DNA of 18,175 bases from Candidatus Uhrbacteria bacterium (lineage in GTDB: Bacteria > Patescibacteriota > Patescibacteriia > JACQRZ01), in NCBI GenBank assembly GCA_023246955.1, contig JAHFHK010000020.1, positions 1 through 18,175 on the forward strand, given 5' to 3'. Positions within the stretch are counted from its first letter, which is position 1. The number at the start of each line of letters is the position of its first letter. Both the position numbers and the translations under genes were made by a program. Below, one piece after another: positions 13,985 through 18,175 of the stretch. The notes under the pieces are model-generated. The model made no database searches. It was not told where the DNA came from and saw nothing but the letters and a program-made list of their open reading frames with translations.

Positions 13985-14812
13985 CTACGCTTCGAAAGGA
14001 CATACAATACACCTCCCCTTTTCTTCTTCGTAGTTAGTAATGAGAACACTGCTTCCCGATGGAAGCGATGAGCCATCGTCCGTTACGCACTTCATTTCTA
14101 TTCGGTTCTTGTGAGCATCGAGTACTGCTATGACACCACTTTCTGAAGTTATGGTCATAACCGCAGTCGCTATTTGCCCCACAAACTCTGCTTCTCTTTG
14201 TCCATATGTCTCGGTGCTCGGCATCATTTTTCCAATGATGTTTGCCAAGATTCCTGTCAGGAGAAATGCTCCCAGGAGGGCAAGCCCTATAGACGGGAGC
14301 AGGACTATTTGCGGAGCACGTGCCGTTACGCCAAAGATTTGGTTTGCACAGAGCCCTATACTCCCCCAGAGTATGGAAAAACACGAGAGTATTACCATAA
14401 ACGGGGCTTTTCCTATCCCCATCAAACTCAGCATTTTTGCGGCTGCGCTTGATGAGTCATTCGTATGCCCTCCTGATTCGTGATGCGCGTGAGCGTGCCC
14501 ATGTGGCACCACATGTGAATGGCCTACTGAATGATCGTGATGAATGTGTATGTGGTGCATGCCGTGGCCTATATGTATCAGGCCCATAGCCTGCAACACC
14601 ATTTGCAACGTTGCCGCAAAGAATGGAAGAACAAAAATAAGGTTCCACCATTCTAGTAACTCTACGATCTGCATTCGATCTATTCCTTTCCCTAATCGGT
14701 AATTTTCAAAGAACCCCCTTTCTATCCGCTTTCTTCGCGAATATACCTTCTGTATAGCACATATATGTATATCGTCAAGTGTTTGGGGTGTTATAATGGT
14801 AGGGAGCGTCAT
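13985..14812 (-). CDS. NfeD/YqiJ-like membrane protein (flotillin partner) with an internal His-rich segment
   Basis: TM helices followed by a C-terminal OB-fold-like beta region (GQIATAVMTITSESGVIAVLD...VLITNYEEEKGRCIV). The gene order NfeD-like then flotillin matches yqiJ-yqiK and yuaF-floT. The actual start is probably the internal ATG at 14674 (MQIVELLEWW...), which leaves room for divergent promoters. A His-rich insert HIGHGMHHIHIHHDHSVGHSHVVPHGHAHAHHESGGH is present. Confidence 0.7.
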   Translation of the reverse strand: MTLPTIITPQTLDDIHICAIQKVYSRRKRIERGFFENYRLGKGIDRMQIVELLEWWNLIFVLPFFAATLQMVLQAMGLIHIGHGMHHIHIHHDHSVGHSHVVPHGHAHAHHESGGHTNDSSSAAAKMLSLMGIGKAPFMVILSCFSILWGSIGLCANQIFGVTARAPQIVLLPSIGLALLGAFLLTGILANIIGKMMPSTETYGQREAEFVGQIATAVMTITSESGVIAVLDAHKNRIEMKCVTDDGSSLPSGSSVLITNYEEEKGRCIVCPFEA

Positions 14813-14838
14813 CCTTTCTTATATTCATAGCTCCCCAT

Positions 14839-15585
14839 ATGCCGCCACGCACTTCTTTTGAGCCATTTGCAGATATCTGGGACGCAATGACAGGAGAGGG
14901 CGAACGCGCTACCGCATCCATAGCGGATACTGTGATTTTTAAGTTGTTGGGATCGGTACGCGGTAAGACAATCTATGAGCCGGCATGTGGTAATGGCTAT
15001 TTGGCTCGCGCGCTACAGAAGAAGGGTGCCAAGGAGGTGTGGGCCTCAGATATTTCTCCAGCACTTATCGCAAAAGCACAAGAGAGGGGTGGAGATATCA
15101 CCTACCTTGTTCGCGATGCTGCCAGTATCAAAGATATGCCACGCAATCACTTTGACGTAGTGGTTATTTCGGCGGGGATATTTTATATCAAGAATCTTGA
15201 TCTCTTTCTAAAGAATATGCACGCCCTTCTCAAGCCAGGTGGATGCCTTATTTTTCAAGCTACCCACCCTCTATTCAGTATGGCGTACTGCGATATGGGC
15301 ACGAGCAACAAAACAGTATCGGAGCTCATCGCCTATTATCGCCCCTACGCCAAAGATCGTTTCGAACGCATTGAAAAAACATGGGGCGTAGATGGCATTC
15401 GTCAAAAAGTGCGATACTGGATGTATAAGCGTCCCATCTCTACCTATATCAATGCATGTGTCGCAAACGGATTTTCTATTCATACCATGATTGAACCCAG
15501 GAGCGCTGCAAAGAAGAACGGCAAGTTAAAGAAAAGCACTATTCCTTCGATCTATATCATCAAGGTGGTTAAGACTGCGCAATAA
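14839..15585 (+). CDS. Class I SAM-dependent methyltransferase
   Basis: Motif I YEPACGNGYLARAL (GxGxG) and an acidic post-I residue (VWASDIS) are present, followed by a typical motif II/III region. Confidence 0.75.
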   Translation: MPPRTSFEPFADIWDAMTGEGERATASIADTVIFKLLGSVRGKTIYEPACGNGYLARALQKKGAKEVWASDISPALIAKAQERGGDITYLVRDAASIKDMPRNHFDVVVISAGIFYIKNLDLFLKNMHALLKPGGCLIFQATHPLFSMAYCDMGTSNKTVSELIAYYRPYAKDRFERIEKTWGVDGIRQKVRYWMYKRPISTYINACVANGFSIHTMIEPRSAAKKNGKLKKSTIPSIYIIKVVKTAQ

Positions 15586-15771
15586 CTCTCCATACATGCG
15601 ACTGCCACCCTCATCGCATAGGGATGGTGCATTGAAGTTTGAACTCGGCGGCGCTGCCCCGGGATGGACAAAAATATCATTCCATGCTACTATCGTCGGT
15701 AATAAAGGGTCGACGGCAATGCTTTGCCCTAACGCGAATATTGTCGATATCCTTATTCGTAACTCATTGAT

Positions 15772-16230
15772 ATGAACAAAGCTACAGGACTGTTTCTTTC
15801 TGTTCTTTCGATTGCGAGTTTTATTCTGTTTCCCGCACTCGCGCATGCCGAGGAAAAGCCAAAAATACCGAATGTTGTTTGGCCGACACAGTCTGTATCT
15901 ATTACGCAACCATTTTCCGATCAACACACTGGCATGGATATCCGCGGAAAAATTGGTGATCCTGTATTTTCTGTCACCGATGGGAAAGTAGTCAGAGCAA
16001 GCAAGGGGTACAATGGCGGATATGGAAATACTGCCGTTATCGAAACTGCCGACGGTCTTCGATTTCGTTATGGTCAGCTCAATACCCTCAAAGTGAAGAC
16101 GGGCCAGAAAGTTCTTCGTGGCCAGAAGATCGGAACTCTAGGAAGTTCTGGGCGTTCTACGGGACCACATCTCCACTTTGAATTTCTTGAGAGCGATAAA
16201 AGAATAGATCCTATGTCGCTCTATCAATAG
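15772..16230 (+). CDS. Secreted M23-family (LytM-type) metallopeptidase
   Basis: Signal peptide (LSVLSIASFILFPALAHA). M23 motifs HTGMDI (HxxxD) and GPHLHFE (HxH) are present with the GDPVFSVTDGKV / GGYGNTAVIE core. Confidence 0.8.
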   Translation: MNKATGLFLSVLSIASFILFPALAHAEEKPKIPNVVWPTQSVSITQPFSDQHTGMDIRGKIGDPVFSVTDGKVVRASKGYNGGYGNTAVIETADGLRFRYGQLNTLKVKTGQKVLRGQKIGTLGSSGRSTGPHLHFEFLESDKRIDPMSLYQ

Positions 16231-16262
16231 TTCATTTGCCATCATTTTCGTTCATTCAAAAA

Positions 16263-16291
16263 ATCGGGCTCCTTCTGGGGCTCGATTTTTT
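16263..16291. terminator. Bidirectional rho-independent terminator between the M23 peptidase gene and ruvB
   Basis: A 10-bp stem ATCGGGCTCC/GGGGCTCGAT with loop TTCT. An A-tract lies upstream (16255-16262) and a T-tract downstream (16287-16291). Confidence 0.7.
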
Positions 16292-16328
16292 AGTGAAAAA
16301 CTTTTTACGTGACCAGAACCCAAAACGA

Positions 16329-17207
16329 CTACTCCTGCTCCTTGGGCACATCAAATCCGAGATGTTCGTATGCGCGTGGTGTTGCGATGCGTCCTCGTGA
16401 GGTGCGCTGGAGAAATCCCTTTTGCATAAGAAACGGTTCGTAGACTTCTTCGATGGTTTCGGTTTCTTCCGAAAGTGCCGCGGCGATTGTCCCCACTCCT
16501 ACGGGGCCTCCTTTGAACTTGTCGATAATAGTTTCGAGAATGCGTCGATCGAGCTGATCGAGACCGTGTTCATCAATGCCGAGTGCGGCGAGCGCTTCTT
16601 TGGCGAGGGGTACGGTTACGATGCCGTCGCTTTTGACCTGCGCAAAATCACGCACGCGCTTCAGGAGACGATTCGCAATACGCGGTGTTGCACGAGAACG
16701 CGATGCGACGATGCCGGCGGCTTCGGGATGAAGGTCGACGCCGAGGATTCCCGCTGAACGATGGAGGATTTTTTCTGCTGAAGGGCCTTTCCCGAGGACG
16801 ATGTCGAGGGCACAGTCTTCCATCGCAGGGTAGAGCGCTTCTACGATAGATTTGTTGATGCGATGGATCTCGTCGATGAAGAGCACATCTCCTTCGGTGA
16901 GATTCGTGAGGATTGCTGCGAGATCTCCTGCGCGTTCGATAGCAGGTCCTGATGTCACGCGAATCCCCACGCCTCGTTCGTGCGCGATGATATGCGCGAG
17001 CGTTGTCTTTCCTAACCCCGGAGGTCCTGAGAGCAAGACATGCTCCATCGCGTCGCTACGCCCCTTTGATGCTTCGATAAAAACCTTGAGCGTATCTTTA
17101 ATGATGTCCTGTCCGATATAGTCGGAAAGTGTTTGAGGGCGCAGGCCTGTATCGAAGGGCACTTCTTCCGGTGCTGCCTGGGGTGTAGTAAGAGAGATGT
17201 CTTCCAT
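16329..17207 (-). CDS. ruvB: RuvB-like Holliday-junction helicase, atypically short (292 aa), apparently lacking the sensor-1/arginine-finger segment
   Basis: Walker [10 protein letters not shown], Walker [10 protein letters not shown] and sensor-2 [11 protein letters not shown] are present, and the N- and C-terminal thirds are canonical. Between GKGPSAEKI and [11 protein letters not shown] only about 20 aa remain where RuvB normally has about 65 aa including ...FTLIGATTR... and the SPLRDRFG arginine finger. Confidence 0.75.
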   Translation of the reverse strand: MEDISLTTPQAAPEEVPFDTGLRPQTLSDYIGQDIIKDTLKVFIEASKGRSDAMEHVLLSGPPGLGKTTLAHIIAHERGVGIRVTSGPAIERAGDLAAILTNLTEGDVLFIDEIHRINKSIVEALYPAMEDCALDIVLGKGPSAEKILHRSAGILGVDLHPEAAGIVASRSRATPRIANRLLKRVRDFAQVKSDGIVTVPLAKEALAALGIDEHGLDQLDRRILETIIDKFKGGPVGVGTIAAALSEETETIEEVYEPFLMQKGFLQRTSRGRIATPRAYEHLGFDVPKEQE

Positions 17208-17239
17208 ATGTGTCTTTCATCCTACCAAACCGGCGCCCA

Positions 17240-17268
17240 TTTGTACAAACCTTTCCGCTTTATTGCAA
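17240..17268 (-). promoter_or_regulatory. Candidate promoter for ruvB (TTGCAA-17-TACAAA on the minus strand)
   Basis: Minus-strand TTGCAA (plus coordinates 17263-17268) and TACAAA (17240-17245) with a 17-bp spacer. Located between a minus-strand terminator and the ruvB start. Confidence 0.35.
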
Positions 17269-17274
17269 GGAAAT

Positions 17275-17307
17275 AAAAAAAGACCCAGCAGATAGGTATG
17301 CTGGGTC
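17275..17307 (-). terminator. Rho-independent terminator for the minus-strand gene at 17387..17818
   Basis: GACCCAGC (17282-17289), 10-nt loop, GCTGGGTC (17300-17307). On the minus strand it is followed by a T7 run (the plus-strand A-tract at 17275-17281). Confidence 0.6.
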
Positions 17308-17386
17308 GAAATCCGTTTATTACACGAATCTCTGTAGGATTACTAGGATTATATCCTTATTTCACTCAATGTCAAGTCTCTTGATT

Positions 17387-17818
17387 TTATACTTGCGAAT
17401 GCACCCTATTTTTCATAGGTGCAAATGTGTTGAGTGGGGCTGTGGTGCGGGGGTGTGTCTTCTCGAGTTGTTCTAGAAGCTCGTCTGCATCACCGTTGAT
17501 TCGTAAATTGCCTTGGTGTCTTTGAATGACTTTGTACTCGTCAATGGTTATGAGCTTAAAGACCCCGCTTTCGAGTTCGTATTCGATCCTCTTAATTTCC
17601 TCGTTTCTGAATGTTTTGTTAGAAACATCTAGGTAGAGCGTACCGTATTCGCCCGTGTAGGTAACTCCGAGAAATACTCCCGTAACCTCTATCGAGTAGG
17701 GGTTGTTAGGAAAGAACGTGAAGTTGGTTCCGTACACCTCATCGGCAGTAATCTCGAGTCCTGCCTCTTTTAGTGCATCGTCTGTTGTGAATCCTGTGTC
17801 TCTTCTCTTCTTTGACAA
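17387..17818 (-). CDS. Hypothetical protein (143 aa)
   Basis: ORF followed by its own terminator. Basic N-terminus MSKKRRDTG. No recognisable motif. Confidence 0.55.
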   Translation of the reverse strand: MSKKRRDTGFTTDDALKEAGLEITADEVYGTNFTFFPNNPYSIEVTGVFLGVTYTGEYGTLYLDVSNKTFRNEEIKRIEYELESGVFKLITIDEYKVIQRHQGNLRINGDADELLEQLEKTHPRTTAPLNTFAPMKNRVHSQV

Positions 17819-17922
17819 AACGATATTCCTCTTTTCAATATACTAGTGTTGTGCTTTGGACGTACGCAAAAAATAGTATAACACAACATTACTTCTGTCA
17901 AGTAATCTCGGTACATACCCTT

Positions 17923-17951
17923 GACAAAGTCTCTCTTTGTTGCTACACTGA
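17923..17951 (+). promoter_or_regulatory. Near-consensus sigma70 promoter (TTGACA-17-TACACT) for the small gene at 17981
   Basis: TTGACA at 17923-17928, a 17-bp spacer, then TACACT. Confidence 0.45.
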
Positions 17952-17980
17952 GCGCGAATCAAATATATTGGAGGTGCGCC

Positions 17981-18142
17981 ATGATTAATTGGCCACATGT
18001 TTCTTTGAAAAATAATAAAGTACACGCTGTATTTTTCTTCAATGAGGAGAAGGAGAAATTCAAATTTCCTGACAATAGAGATTTAGTAGGTTTTGTGGTC
18101 TTTGATTTTGGATGGGTAATACCTGACTTTGCCACCACGTAA
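17981..18142 (+). CDS. Small protein (53 aa) with a hydrophobic C-terminus; the track's 73-aa version (17921..) is probably over-extended
   Basis: GGAGGTG lies 4-6 nt upstream of the ATG at 17981 (MINWPHVSLKNNKVHAVFFFNEEKEKFKFPDNRDLVGFVVFDFGWVIPDFATT). The promoter is upstream and the terminator immediately downstream. Confidence 0.5.
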   Translation: MINWPHVSLKNNKVHAVFFFNEEKEKFKFPDNRDLVGFVVFDFGWVIPDFATT

Positions 18143-18158
18143 GTGGTGGTTTTGCTTT
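18131..18158 (+). terminator. Rho-independent terminator (CCACCAC-GTAA-GTGGTGG + TTTTGCTTTT), followed by a second hairpin
   Basis: Perfect 7-bp GC-rich stem with loop GTAA, then a T-rich tract. The tail TTTTGCTTTTAGTAGAAA (18149-18166) is identical to the one at 2372-2389. Confidence 0.55.
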
Positions 18159-18175
18159 TAGTAGAAAGCAAAAAA

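Noticed and set aside
15526-15927. Minus-strand ORF 15526..15927 (133 aa) and other 60-130 aa ORFs antisense to annotated genes (e.g. 329..532, 652..858, 1516..1716, 3178..3369, 7453..7833, 8134..8397, 11397..11645, 14034..14384)
   Set aside because: Each is fully overlapped by a longer ORF that has recognisable motifs or a consistent operon context. None has a plausible RBS or promoter.
16422-17121. Plus-strand ORFs 16422..16757 and 16852..17121 overlapping ruvB
   Set aside because: They are antisense to a gene with clear Walker A/B and sensor-2 motifs in a locally GC-rich segment where stop codons are rare. No RBS or coding signature.
17340-17360. TAGGATTA x2 short direct repeat near the 3' end of the 143-aa gene
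   Set aside because: An 8-bp unit repeated twice within the terminator-proximal region. No associated feature; compatible with chance in AT-rich sequence.

Overview
Read by hand from the sequence and the supplied ORF track; no searches were run. The window looks like a bacterial chromosome of about 48% GC carrying an AT-rich insertion of about 36-38% GC, from roughly 2.3 kb to 9.2 kb. The left edge of the insertion sits in the 3' end of a tRNA-His(GUG) gene, where the last ~28 codons of a minus-strand large serine recombinase overlap the tRNA 3' end (2313..2342) and the terminator behind it (coding region out to ~2400). The island cargo is: a 276-aa hypothetical protein; a membrane-anchored OB-fold (tRNA_anti-like) protein; a decayed small ORF; a translationally coupled pair made of a 4-TM protein and a stand-alone ComEC/Rec2-C-terminal-like metallo-beta-lactamase (candidate novel membrane-nuclease system); and a Doc/Fic-family toxin with an unlisted 41-aa upstream partner. 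Two 59-bp direct repeats, each with a GNRA-tetraloop terminator, bracket the toxin cassette. The flanking backbone encodes a DMT-like small membrane protein, a transglutaminase-like cysteine protease, a VOC/glyoxalase protein, a NfeD/YqiJ-like protein with a His-rich insert followed by a long flotillin, a SAM methyltransferase, an M23 peptidase, a RuvB that appears to lack its sensor-1 segment, several hypotheticals and a small 53-aa gene with strong signals. Several intrinsic terminators, a nested-hairpin RNA element (5568-5662) and a 12-bp perfect inverted repeat at the likely right island edge are also present. No CRISPR array, rRNA or transposase was seen. All family assignments rest on motifs recognised by eye and need HMM or BLAST confirmation.
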